From: Haliotis rubra
Taxonomy: Eukaryota
NCBI RefSeq assembly: GCF_003918875.1
Contig: NW_025767503.1
Coordinates: 310,001-374,000 of the forward strand
DNA: 64,000 bases
Direction: 5' to 3'
Numbering within the stretch: position 1 is the first letter of the stretch; each line of letters begins with the position of its first letter. Below, piece by piece: positions 46,621 to 59,709 of the stretch. The position numbers and the translations under genes are program-made. The notes beneath the pieces are model-generated. The model was not told the DNA's origin, did not search any database, and saw only the letters and a list, made by a program, of their open reading frames with translations.

Positions 46621-47864
46621 TAGTATGTGACTGTTGGCTACAGTGATGGCATCTCCTGTAGGAACTGATCACATGTCACATTATTCCATGAGTAGGCAGT
46701 TGACTGTTATGAACATTCTGGGATTGATAGATCTTGGTTCCTTGGTGGCCCTATCCGCATAGTGTTCATAGCACTACGACAGCCAATGATATAGTATAGA
46801 GTTACGACAGGTGGTAACATTAAGAATGCTTTGTAGATCAGGCCTTGTTAAAATAAATCACAGGTTAGTGTGGTCCTCCATTATTACAGGTCAGCATGGT
46901 CATATTACTGGAACGTATCTGAGTATAATGTTAGTGTCAGAGACGAGCCTGCGATGTGATCCAAACTGGAAGTGGTTCAGGTATCCATACCCAATCTGAT
47001 TCCACCTCATTGGTCCTGAGTTCACCAGACTGTGTAGCTCATGCAAATATTTAGCAGGGAAAACCTTCATTGGATGTCACTGTGTGAGGGTCTCAATGAC
47101 AGATTAATCCCCATCCTGGATCCTTGTTGTAACAGCCAACCAAAATTATCGTGGAATATGAGACTGCCTCATTTTTTGGATAGTGGGAAATTCTTCATGC
47201 CATGAATGTCTGGGTTGTCCGTGTGAATGTCTGGGTTATCTATAATTTATATAACAATAAGGACACTTATATGCTGCTGAACTCCACATCACACAGGGCA
47301 TGCTCTAAGCGCATACAAAAAATGGACAGACAATTGTTAGTGATTATTAAGCAGATGGGTCTTAAGGCCAGATTTAAATGTATTTGAACAAGTATTTATT
47401 ATGGGTACTGATATGGCAGTCATTATCCCACCCTTGTCATGATAGAGAGACCAACACTGGTCAACTTATGTAAGTCTCAGTGTAGCATAATGACATTGGA
47501 CATTGCTGTCATGCTTGTCTGGTTATTTCCAGTTGCCATGACATGGCTGCCTTTCACTGAGTCACCCAGACCTTTCCATGTCCATAGAGTTGGCAGCTGT
47601 TACCAGGGGTTACAGGGTGTTACTGTACATTATCGTGTGACCCAATAGTTGAGTGGATTAGTGTGGGCTGTAGTACTGGTAGTATGTTTACTCTAGCGTA
47701 TCAATGGAATTTCAAAATATTTGGAATGAACATGTTTAATATATTTCATTTCATTTGTATTAAATGTTTCCTGAAATATCCTTGTTACATATCTGTGTTG
47801 TCCACGAAAACCCCCATCCTCCAACACGCATGCATGCACGCGCACGCGCAAGACACGCACACTT

Positions 47865-47875
47865 CTCTCACTCAC

Positions 47876-47922
<47 letters not shown>
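47865..47922. repeat. (CT)n(AT)n microsatellite
   Basis: Directly visible. Confidence 0.9.
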
Positions 47923-48282
47923 GTCATCACAAGTACCTGTCAGTATATTATTGTTCACCTGACCTACTTATTGTACACATGTAAACATCGGTAGGAGACA
48001 TATGTCTATAAAAGGCAGCCAGAGTAGGCCAAGTGCTACTGATCAGTCTCCAGATAGGGTGTTGGGTGTACTAAGGTGAACAGGGGTAGATTATCTGCTG
48101 TATCAGTCTGATCAATGAAGTCTCAATCAGTGTACCTTATATGGCATATTGTAGCCAGGTATTACTCATGGGGGTATATATATGATGTGTAGACACATGG
48201 TAGTGGGAGAATTGGAGGCTGCTGTTGTAGAACACAGAGTAAACTGCTGGTTATCTTACATACAGACACGATACTGTGCGGG

Positions 48283-48631
48283 TGAGTACGACATGACAGT
48301 GTGGAAATATTGGGGAGTATGACAGGATGGGAAATATTGGGGAGTATGACAGGACGGGAAATATTGGGGAGTATGACAGGACGGGAAATATTGGGGAGTA
48401 TGACAGGACCGTTGTGTTACTGTTCGGGAGAGTATGACATGACAGGAAATATTGGTGAGTATGACATGACCGTTATGTTACTGTTCAGGAGAGTATGACA
48501 TGACAGGAAATATTGGTGAGTATCACAGGATGGGAAATATTGGTTAGTATGACAGGACCGTTGTGTTACTGTTCAGGAGAGTATGACAGGATGGGAAATA
48601 TTGGTGAGTATGACAGGACCGTTGTGTTACT
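48283..48631. repeat. Degenerate ~27-bp tandem repeat
   Basis: GGAAATATTGG(G/T)GAGTATGACAGGA units interleaved with CCGTTGTGTTACTG units. Confidence 0.9.
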
Positions 48632-50654
48632 GACAGTTTTGTGTACAAAACTTGGAACTGTTGTAAAGCTCAGTGTGGTTCCCTCTGCATGTTTTTTAAC
48701 ATGCACTGGTGATGCAGTTCAGTATTTTAGACATAAATGACATTTAATGTAGTCTTGGAGGTGACAATGTTTTCTAACACAAAGTAGTACTAATCCTGTG
48801 GGCAGAGATCATCCTTTACTTGTCGTCTGCAGTGCTTACATATAAAGCAGATGTAAATTGATCCAAATATTATTGATACAAAATGTGATCTTAGCCACAG
48901 GCCTGAAGCTGTGTAAATTTCTGTCTAGAACCCCCAGCTCATAATAGTTCTTCTGAAAATAAATATGATGTTGCAAGTTTGTTTGGCAGACTCAAAAGTT
49001 TTTATCCACAGACTGTTAAGAAATGTAGTAAAAACTGCTAGTGTCTGGTAAACAAGTGTATAAAGAACTCGATGATATCATGTCCAGCAGTTGAGGTATT
49101 GTGCTGATAACTGATATGGATATATTCCTTACTTTGTCAAGTTGATTTTATTGGATGGTTACCAGGTATTTTCTGCCTTGTCACTCAATGTCAGGTGTGA
49201 TGTATGGTCAGCCTCCCGGCGACCAAGGTCATCGCTAGGATGTTTTTTAAAAATTTCTGGCCAAATTCCCAGAAGCTCACCTGAAAATGTCCAGACTGAA
49301 TCTCTGCTGTGGTGTCACATATGCTGTGTCAGCCATGCAAGGCACTGGTTGCAGCCACAGACAGAACAGAAGCTTGCAGGAATTAAGCCTTCCTTATTTA
49401 TTCATTGTTGGTATCAACCGATCGATCATACTATTCAATCACACATCTTTTTCTCACTGTTGTAATTCTGTCACTGCTATTATTTTATGTGGCTGTTCAA
49501 ATTTCAGAGTGTCCTTAGGGGTCCTCCACAGGAATTGATCACCTACGTCTGAAGCTTTTCATAACAGAGTTATCACCCTTGAATGTCTTGCTAAATTGAC
49601 ATACTTTGCTGACTGTCATTATCATTTGATGATCATAATCAGTATTACAATGTAAGAAATTCATGTAGTCAAAAAGGACATGCTGGTTTTATCTCTGATT
49701 TGTGTTATTAAATTTTTTATGCCAACAATGTCATTTTATCTATGATAAGGTTGTCTTTTTGATCAATGGTATAATTTCAGTACTGGTAATCAAATCCACA
49801 CCTCCAAAGTATGTTTCAGTAAATTCCCACAGTTTGTGAAGTTAGCCCACCTCTCCTGAGTGAACACTGACACCATGTTGTAGCGGGGCAGGTTGTGGAA
49901 CTCTGTCAACAAGGAAACAAACCTGCTTTCCTACTATTATCACAAGGCGACACAAGGTCATGTTGTAATTACAACACAGTAATTATCATGATCATGTTGA
50001 GAGAAGTCTAGTCCTGATAGATTTCTGGAAGTTTTAAAAGAAAGTATAAATTTTGTAGTGTCAGTTTTATTATGCTTGAATATTTGAATTGTTTTGAAAA
50101 CTCATTTATGTCATTCATGGGAATAAAAATAGAAAAAGTAAATACTTAAGCTGAACTGGGGAAAATATATATGTGAATGAGAACAAAAATATATTTCATG
50201 TCAATAATAGCTTCAATTCATCATGGTATGAAAAAAGGGAATGTTCTTGTCAAGCCGAGATCATGGGCACTGTTTGCTGAACATGACAAATAGCCTAAAG
50301 GATTATACTTAGTGTCAGCATGAAGGTTGGGCCAAGCTTGACTTTGCTGTGGGGCAGTGTTAACATGGGAATTCCTCCAGCCGGACACCGCCAGACCGGA
50401 CACGGGATCCTCCTCCATCACTGCTGGTCAGGCATGGGAACTGCTGGTCTTGACCGACATATCGGCTTAATTCAGTAACCGTAGATGAAAGGGGATTGAT
50501 GGAGTGAGTCACCGAGCTGCTCACGCCACTCCATTACCACAATACCCATTGATTATTGCTTCCATATTTATTGGTTCAGCTTATATGATAAAGTGATGCA
50601 AGCACATGAAGACAATTACAAGTTTTAAAGAAATCTTATATGCCAGTGGAGCAA

Positions 50655-51508
50655 GTGTAGGCTATAGTTGACATGTGTAGGCTATAGTTGACATGTGTAG
50701 GCTATAGTTGACATGTGTAGGCTATAGTTGAGCATGTGTAGGCATCAGTGGTGGCAAGTGGAATCACCAGCTGAGTATGGGTAGGCACCAGTTGATTATG
50801 GGTAGCACCAGTGAGTATGGGTAGGTACCAGCTGAGTATGGGTAGGCACCAGAGGGGCCTGTGTAGGCACCAGCTGAGTATGGGTAGGCACCAGTTGATT
50901 ATGGGTAGGCACCAGCTGAGTATGGGTAGGCACCAGAGGGGCCTGTGTAGGCACCAGCTGAGTATGGGTAGGCACCAGGAGGGCCTGTGTAAGCACCAGA
51001 GGGGCCAGTGTAGGCACCAGCTGAGTATGGGTAGGCACCAGTTGATTATGGGTAGGCACCAGCTGAGTATGGGTAGGCACCAGAGGGGCCTGTGTAGGCA
51101 CCAGCTGAGTATGGGTAGGCACCAGAGGGGCCTGTGTAGGCACCAGCTGAGTATGGGTAGGCACCAGAGGGGCCTGTGTAGGCACCAGCTGAGTATGGGT
51201 AGGCACCAGAGGGGCCAGTGTAGGCACCAGCTGAGTATGGGTAGGCACCAGAGGGGCCATGTGTAGGCACCAGCTGAGTATAGGTAGGCACCAGCTGATT
51301 ATGGGTAGCACCAGCTGAGTATGGGTTGGCACCAGCTGATTATGGGTAGCACCAGCTGAGTATGGGTTGGCACCAGAGGGGCCTGTGTAGGCACCAGCTG
51401 AGTATAGGTAGGCACCAGCTGAGTATGGGTAGCACCAGCTGAGTATGGGTAGCACCAGCTGAGTATGGGTTGGCACCAGGGGGCCTGTTTAGGCACCAGC
51501 TGAGTATG
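50655..51508. repeat. 20-bp array grading into a 21-bp multi-variant array
   Basis: GTGTAGGCTATAGTTGACAT x4, then GGCACCAGCTGAGTATGGGTA / GGCACCAGAGGGGCCTGTGTA units. Confidence 0.95.
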
Positions 51509-51997
51509 TTAAGCATGTGTGATGAAAGCCTCAAGTTGGAGGCTCATTTCTGAAATAGACACAATCAATGTTTCCTATGAGTAATTCCGTGTCAGTGTGA
51601 CATAATCGTATTTCGATGTTTTCCCACTTCATTTTAATGAAATTATCCTGCAGCATGTCTTCCCAAGTTTTGGTTCAGTGGATTAATGACGATATCAGGG
51701 ATGTCTGCACATTGCATCCTCAAGTTGCTGTTCTATATTTGGAAGAAGAGGAATGATAGCAACATAATTTCTTTAATTAAATAAATGGTATTAGTCATCA
51801 ATGTGGGTAATTAACAATTTCCAATGTGACTGTTACAGGGCTGGAAATTAACATATGTCACACAAATTAGTCTTTTTTTCTTTTAGAATGCCACATTTAA
51901 CGTTTCTGTGGTCAAGTGAAAATAGTAAAGCAGTTCACTTCCAGTTGCTGACCTAAATACAGGTGCTGAGAGATCTGTAGGACTCACTCCAGATTGT

Positions 51998-52122
51998 TCC
52001 CAATTGCACAGATCGATGCTCATGCTGATGATCACTGGATTGTCTGGTCCAGATTTGATTATTTACAGACCGCCGCCACATAGCTGGAATATTGCTGAGT
52101 GCGCTGTAAAACTAAACTCACT
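51998..52122 (+). mobile_element. Family B SINE 3' fragment
   Basis: Matches the family B tail; ACTCACTCCAGATTGT is duplicated on both sides. Confidence 0.88.
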
Positions 52123-53099
52123 CACTCACTCCAGATTGTGGACTGTGTAGTAGTGTGTGAGACAATACATCGATACAGAGTCAAATACAGGTGACAAATA
52201 CAGAATACTCAGCGACTGATCAGCAGATTGTTGTATGTGGTACTTGTGTGACCCAGCTAACAGATTACCTGTTCCTGATCAGAAGGAAGAACAGGTTGGA
52301 AACACCTCCTCCAGGCCAACACCTTCAGATCTCAGGTGATAACATTATCATGTACATATTTATGGGCCAGTATCTTTGGGCCTTGTAACATGATGGGGTG
52401 TATATTCATACCACAACATTGCTTGTAGTAGGTTTGCAACTTTCACCAGCGTACACCCACAGTGATGACAACTGCTAGCTGTTCGTGCTTCCTGCTTGCT
52501 CAGACACTTTAAAACCATCACGTAGCTGGCTGTATCATCCCAGCGCGTCTGGGGGATGTTTGCTGACTGAGTAATTATCAATTAGCACTGTGTACACCTC
52601 AAAGTCTGCTGGTCACCCAGGTGCATCCACACTCGCTCTCACAAGGTGGGCTCTTCAAACACTCCACTAAAGGGGCCCTCATACTCTCCCGACCAGAGGG
52701 AGCCTCTCACAATTCCCTGTAGAGGATGTCCCTCATGTTCCCACCACTTCCACCCGAGGGTGAGTGAGTGAGTGGGCTGGAGAGCGGCATTTAGTGCTTC
52801 TTTTAAAAGTAATGCATCTTTATCATGCCATTTTAATGCATGATGAATGTCAGAAGTATTGCAGGCCTCAAACATTACCCTCTTGGTTAACCCGAACAAT
52901 CATCTGTATGATGCTGACAAACCTAGCGACCTAAGGTTCTACCCACAATCATTTGTATATTCCATACCCAAGGGGTACAACACTACCACCACCACCACAG
53001 AAACATCTTCTTCTTTTTTCATAATTTTATTGTATTTTGGTTTGTAGTTTCAGGTTTATTGTTCTAGATAAATTTGATACATTTCTGTTGGAATTTATT

Positions 53100-53500
53100 T
53101 GTAGTTTCATTATCTGGGCCAGGAAGCGTACTAAATAAATGATTTAGCTTTGGGATGATCAAAGATTTTAAAATAGTAGTACAATTACGCGCAGACCAAA
53201 TGGACATTAACGTTTCACAACTTCTTATTTTTTCGTTGTAATTTATCTCTAAAGTGACCCTGGTACCAATTAGGATTTAGTTCTGAACACAGTTTCATTT
53301 TCGATGTTTTCTTTGATCCAAATGAGACATATTTTGTCAATGTTAACCTTTAAACCTGAAAACCTGGCAAAGAAACTTAGCACATTAAGTACTTCATTGA
53401 GACAACAAGGTACATGTTGTGTCGTCATCTTGATAACAAAATATTTCTGCTTTGAAATCCACCTTTTGGACTTTTTACATATGCTGTTCCAGCTCTGCAA
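53100..53500 (-). pseudogene. Decayed L1/Tx1-clade RT fragment
   Basis: YQDDDTT (YADDT-like), then LNEVLNVLSFFARFSGLKVNIDK. Confidence 0.6.
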
Positions 53501-53712
53501 GCATGACTAATGTTTCACATTACACGCGTTTTTATTGAAACTAATTCTTATTTCACATATATACGCATGTTTGAGAAATCCATATTCACAGGTTTAAACA
53601 AATGCCAATGTATTTTGTTCAGTGTGCTTGCCATGGGCATTTAGTAAAGAGTTGTACATAAGTCCCTGGTCAAGGACTTCCAGTGTTGTAGGTCATGCCT
53701 GTTATTACTAGG

Positions 53713-54109
53713 CACTGTGTGAAATTGTTTCCTAATTTTTTGGCTACCCAGTCAGACTAGCTATGCCTGAAAGTTACCAGCCCACAAAATAATTCACTAG
53801 CCCGAAATCTGAATGTAGTAAGTTCTAGTAACTAAGCAAAAGATTACAAAAACAGATGAGAATAAGATATTGTTGGCATGACACGGGTTTCATCACGAGT
53901 TGCTGATAGGATGAACAATTTTATCAGGCCATAATCTTGCATGATTTAAAAGTGTATTATAACTTGACAAGTGGGAGAGAATGATATATTTATAAAATGA
54001 CACCATGAATATTCACCAGCCAGTTGGGCCCCTGACTGTGGAGATTTACTGGCCCAACTGGAGTTTTACTAGCCACGGGCTAGCAGGCCAGTGGCTATTT
54101 CGCACACTG
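53713..54109. mobile_element. Non-autonomous hAT-type element
   Basis: CA(C/G)TGTG(T/C)GAAAT inverted ends; 8-bp TSD TTACTAGG/TTACTGGG; subterminal C(T/C)AGCC repeats. Confidence 0.75.
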
Positions 54110-54158
54110 TTACTGGGCACCGTGGTGACAACTAATAAATATGACTGTTTCTAAGATA

Positions 54159-54513
54159 ATTTAGCAACATGGAAAGTCCTCAACTTGAACTTGTGATTCA
54201 CTGTGTGTTGAATCACTGTAGACTGTAGGTTATTTAGCAACATGGAAAGTCTTCAGCTTGAACTTGTGATTCCCTCTGTGTTGAATCACTGTAGACTGTA
54301 GGTTATTTAGCAACATGGAAAGTTTTCAGCTTGAACTTGTGATTCCCTCTGTGTTGAATCACTGTAGACTGTAGGTTATTTAGCAACATGGAAAGTCCTC
54401 AACTTGAACTTGTGATTCCCTCTGTGTTGAATCACTGTAGACTGTAGGTTATTTAGCAACATGGAAAGTTTTCTGAGCTTGAACTTGTGATTCCCTCTCT
54501 GTTGAATCACCTG
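54159..54513. repeat. 73-bp tandem repeat, ~5 copies
   Basis: ATTTAGCAACATGGAAAGT..GAATCACTGTAGACTGTAGGTT. Confidence 0.96.
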
Positions 54514-55036
54514 TAAATATGTCCGTCATTAGTGGTAATTGCCAACATTCCTGGAGTTCTGTTTGGGCGGCAATGTTTTCTTGGCATCTCAAGCATAGGG
54601 TCCAGATGTTGCCATGTGACAGAGTGGACAGGGTGCCCTTGTTGGCTAGTGTAGCAGCTGACGGTGTGACTGACCAGCAGGCCTGGGGTAAACACAGGAT
54701 GGCAGCCATGTTGTTGCCCCTTCCTTGTCACAGTGTATGTAGGGAACACTTCGTCTCCTTGATGCCGAGTTACTTTTCTGGCATGAGATTTTATGAAATC
54801 TGGAAAGTTATTGGAGAATCTGGTTTCAGGAACTTAGTCAACATCTGACTACAGGGATGTAAAATATTAATTTTCATAACTGTGGGTGTAAAGTTCACTG
54901 CAAATTCTAAATTGTTTGAAACACAATGTGAAATGTTGCCTGAGATTTTGTTATTTCCTTTTTAAAATAGCGCTATTGTTGTCACTGTTTATCACTCAAC
55001 ACCAGGCAGGAAGTACAGCATGAAGACCTTGACAAA

Positions 55037-55956
55037 TTGTTATCCACCGCAACACGTTTTGCGGGGGGTATTAAAATGGATTCCGTCCGTGCGTCCGTCA
55101 ATCCGTCCGTCCGTCCATGCACATTTGTCTTTTCCGGAGCAGAACTCTAAAACCGTTCAATATTTCTTCACCAAACTTGGCACATACATGGATCTGGTGG
55201 TGTACTGGTGCCTTTTGGTAGTTTTGGAATTCTGAATTAAATATTTTTGGCATTTCCATGGCAACAAGTTCGACTTAGACTGAAATTAGTGGTAGTGCTC
55301 TTTTCCGGAGCAGAACTCTAAAACCGTTCAATATTTCTTCACCAAACTTGGTACATGGATAGATCTGGTGGTGTACTGGTGCCTTTTGGTAGTTTGGGAA
55401 TTCTGAATAAAATATTTTTGGCGTTTCCATGGCAACAAGTTTGACTTAGCCTGAAATTGTGGTAGTGCTCTTTTCCGGAGCAGAACTCTAAAACCGTTCA
55501 CTATTTCTACACCAAACTTGGCACATAGATAGATCTGGTGGTGTACTGGTGCCTTTTGGTAGTTTGGGAATTCTGAATAAAATATTTTGGCGTTTCCATG
55601 GCAACAAGTTTGACTTAGCCTGAAATTGTAGTAGTGCTCTTTTCCGGAGCAGAACTCTAAAACCGTTCAATGTTTCTTCACCAAACTTGGCACATAGATT
55701 GGTCTGGTGGTGTACTGGTGCCTTTTGGTAGTTTGGGAATTCTGAATAAAATATTTTTGGCATTTCCATGGCAACAAGTTTGACTGAAATTGGTGATAGT
55801 GCTGCTTTCTGGAGCAGAACTTTAAAAACCTTTCAATACTCTCCTTCCACTTTTCTATATACACACCTAAATATTTGACATAATCATAACTCGTAGACAT
55901 AATCATGAAGAGTATTTTGCCATTGCGGGGGATATTGATGACTTTGTCTTCTTGTT
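55037..55956 (+). mobile_element. Helentron-associated (HINE/DINE-1-like) element with ~170-bp core repeats
   Basis: 5' TATCCACCGCAA..TTGCGGGGGGTA, a (GTCC)n tract, four ~170-bp repeats containing CACCAAACTTGG, 3' TTGCGGGGGATA plus a short hairpin, and T-rich ends. Confidence 0.88.
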
Positions 55957-56589
55957 CAAATTGTGATATTTTTGTTTGAGACAGGATATTTTATCTGTCA
56001 CTGCTTCAAGTTCTATCTGGTTAAACAGTTTGTATAGGAACAGTTAGCCTTGCTGCAAGGCTGTACTGAATGCTGAGCTCATGGTTGTATAGTAATTCTA
56101 TCCTTCAAAGATGCAAGTCTAGATAGGCGGACAGTATAAGGACCTCAGTCTGTTCTTTATTATGTTTTAGAAATTATCATTTAAATTATACATTTTGACA
56201 TTAGAGACTTGTTCAAGTCTAAGGAACAGTCAGTGATACCTGTCATACTGATCATATACATATTGACTGCCGGACACAAGATGCAGGAATATTTAGTTAA
56301 TGTTGATTATTGGGTACAAAATACAATGTTTCCTCTTGAGAGATATTTTTCTGTGATAGAAGGGAACATTAGCATGGGCAGAGTATGTTCAGGAAATAAA
56401 AAGTGAATAACACCAACCGAATAGGAACGGAATAACACAGCAGCTGAGCCTACAGGGAAGATCCCTCGTGTTATTGCATACTGAGCAGTTACATATGGCT
56501 CCTGCAGTTCTGGAGCAGTTGGCAGACATCTTTGTGTTCTGTTTGACAGAAATTATTTGGAAAACTATGCCAGATGCAAGAAATTTCAT

Positions 56590-57345
56590 ATTCAAATAAC
56601 TTTTACCCAAACTTTGATAATTTAACCTGGGGAATCTCCACTGTTACTTCCTGTCTGAAGGACTGTGACAGTTGTTTTAAGGTTATTAAGTTTTGAATAT
56701 AGCAGGTAAACATAAACAATTTTTTGACAAGGTTGATTACTTCCTGAGTTTTAAGGTTTTATTGGAATTTATGTTTGACTGCTCCCGCTTCTGGGACTTT
56801 CCTGAGGCCTCTTATACAAAGATTATTGACATTTAAGAGACCATGGGGAAATATTTTGGCACAAGTCATGAAAAGGTCAAAGGCCTAGGTCAAGAGAAAG
56901 AGAATGACTATGAATTCATGGTGGTGTTGCTTCATTATGCTTTGTGAATGTGGTACAAAGATTACTGACATTCAGCTATATCCTGCAGTGATTTACTTCA
57001 CATTGATCAAGCGAGTTATTTCATTGGATGCTGTGAGGTCAAAGGTCAAGGTCATGGGCATAAGATCACTTCATTAATAAGTTTATGCAGATTCTCTTTC
57101 AAAAAGTGTGAATTCATTTGTCATTAAACTTGGCATGCAGCTTCTTTAGGATGGGTCTCTGCTTTGGAAAAGATTTGGTCAAAGGTCAATGTCAGTATTC
57201 AGATTTTATTATTTCATCACTGTCAGAATATGAGATGTGGTTGCCCTGGAAACATGAAACTTTATGTTTGCATGCATCGTATAAAGTCCAACACAGGAAG
57301 TGTTTGTGATGTGTTGGAAACGTTCATGCTCTGAGGACATGGTCA
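56590..57345 (+). mobile_element. Old HINE-like relic
   Basis: GGTCAAAGGTCAA and AAACTTGG-type motifs recurring at ~150-180 bp spacing. Boundaries uncertain. Confidence 0.4.
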
Positions 57346-57501
57346 TTATTCATGGTCATGTACACTTGCATTTTTAGTTGCAGTTTGTACTCCTCTTGTA
57401 TTTGCATGTAGTAGCAAACACTAGCTCATAGTGGACTGCACTGATATAGATAATAGATAAGGCTTCAGTGTCCGGATTGCAAGATTAAGGTAAGCGCAAG
57501 A

Positions 57502-58836
57502 ATGTGAACTGGGGATATACAGAGTACAGACATGCTGAACGATGCACATGTGAACTGGGGATATACAGAGTACAGACATGCTGAGCGATGCTCATGTGAA
57601 CTGGGGATATACAGAGTACAGACACGCTGAACGATGCTCATGTGAACTGGGGATATACAGAGTACAGACATGCTGAACGATGCTCATGTGAACTTGGGAT
57701 ATACAGAGTACAGACATGCTGAACGATGCTCATGTGAACTGGGGATATACAGAGTACAGACATGCTGAACGATGCTCATGTGAACTGGGGATATACAGAG
57801 TACAGACATGCTGAACGATGCTCATGTGAACTGGGGATATACAGAGTACAGACATGCTGAACGATGCTCATGTGAACTGGGGATATACAGAGTACAGACA
57901 TGCTGAATGATGCTCATGTGAACTGGGGATATACAGAGTACAGACATGCTGAACGATGCTCATGTGAACTAGGGATATACAGAGTACAGACATGCTGAAC
58001 GATGCTCATGTGAACTGGGGATATACAGAGTACAGACATGCTGAACGATGCTCATGTGAACTGGGGATATACAGAGTACAGACATGCTGAATGATGCTCA
58101 TGGAACTGGGGATATACAGAGTACAGACATGCTGAACGATGCTCATGTGAACTGGGGATATACAGAGTACAGACATGCTGAACGATGCTCATGTGAACTG
58201 GGGATATACAGAGTACAGACATGCTGAACGATGCTCATGTGAACTGGGGATATACAGAGTACAGACATGCTGAACGATGCTGATGTGAACTGGGGATATA
58301 CAGAGTACAGACATGCTGAACGATGCTGATGTGAACTGGGGATATACAGAGTACATGCTGACATGCTGAACTGGGGATATACAGATACAGACAAGCTGAG
58401 GGATGCTATGTGAACTGGGGATATACAGAGTACAGACATGCTGAGCGATGCTCATGTGAACTGGGGATATACAGAGTACAGACATGCTGAGCGATGCTCA
58501 TGTGAACAGGGGATATACTGAGGATATACAGAGTGCAGACATGCTGAGCGATGCTCATGTGAACTGGGGATATACAGAGTACAGACATGCTGAGCGATGC
58601 TCATGTGAACTGGGGATATACAGAGAGTACAGACATGCTGAGCGATGCTCATGTGAACTGGGGATATACAGAGTACAGACATGCTGAACGATGCTCATGT
58701 GAACTGGGGATATACAGAGTACAGACATGCTGAACGATGCTCATGTGAACTGGGGATATACAGAGTACAGACATGCTGAACGATGCTCATGTGAACTGGG
58801 GATATACAGAGTACAGACATGCTGAACGATGCTCAT
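57502..58836. repeat. 46-bp tandem repeat, ~29 copies
   Basis: ATGTGAACTGGGGATATACAGAGTACAGACATGCTGAACGATGCTC. Confidence 0.98.
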
Positions 58837-59522
58837 GGAACATACAAGAAAGTTTTTCTAAATGTTTTGAAAACAGATTGAATTGGAAACTGAATACCTT
58901 CCTGACATACCACAGTCTTCATCATGTCTATAAGTCCCTGACATATGGAGGGTACAGAACATGAAGTTCCCAATGAATGAAATAATTAGATGTAACAATC
59001 TGGCAGAGATTACAGTGCCAATAATACCAGGGTTGCCACAGAGGCCAGGGAACCTAGGGGAAAGTGAACCCACAGGATGCAATGGTTCCTTGTACAAGAT
59101 AAGGCTGGAGACAGAAATCTGGATGCTTGGAAGACATTGAGATAAGCCTGACTGAGATTGAGAGATAAGAAGGTCATTGTAACACAGGGAGGCGGCACTG
59201 ATGCAGGGGGTATATATACTTATATCATCATCTGTGTGTTATTACTGTTCATGATATCAGTGTATCAGTTGTATGTCCTGTCCTGTAGGTGTCCTATGGA
59301 GTATGCAATCCTTTCTCTGTGATGCTTAGAACTTATCAATGAACCTATATATATATGGTGTGCTACGTCCTTTGTTTTACCCTGGAGTATGTTGTGTTGT
59401 ATCAGTGGTATGTCGTTCAGCTGTACTTGTAGTTGGTTTAACGACAGTGTGTTGTGCAATGTTGATTCTGAGCTGTAACTGTTTGTCATAGAATCACTGT
59501 TATAGGGGAAATTCTGGGTGAG

Positions 59523-59709
59523 TGAGTGAGTGAGTGATTGAGTGAGTGAGTTTAGTTTTACATCACTTTTACGTTTAGCAGTATTCCATCAATATCACGG
59601 CTGGGGTCACCAGAAATGGGCTTCACACATTGTACCCATGTGGGGAATCGAACCCGTGTCTGCAGTGTGATGAGCGAACACTTTGACCACTAGGCTACCC
59701 CACCGCCCC
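59523..59709 (-). mobile_element. Family A SINE, full length
   Basis: Reverse complement of the 9323 copy with a (CACT)n tail; TSD AAA(T/C)TCTGGGTGAG at 59509-59522 and 59710-59723. Confidence 0.92.

Larger units (their letters stand above)
44286..46676. repeat. 85-bp tandem repeat (~11.5 copies left of the Tc1 insertion, <1 copy right)
   Basis: TGTCCCAGCATCTGTGTATAGTGTGACACATGTAGTATGTGACTGCTGGCTACAGTGATGGCATCTCCTGTAGGAACTGATCACA. Confidence 0.97.

Noticed and set aside
50354-50480. GC-rich patch as a coding exon
   Set aside because: No convincing splice pair or recognisable peptide; CAGTGTT start and CCGGACAC repeats look more like a transposon end.
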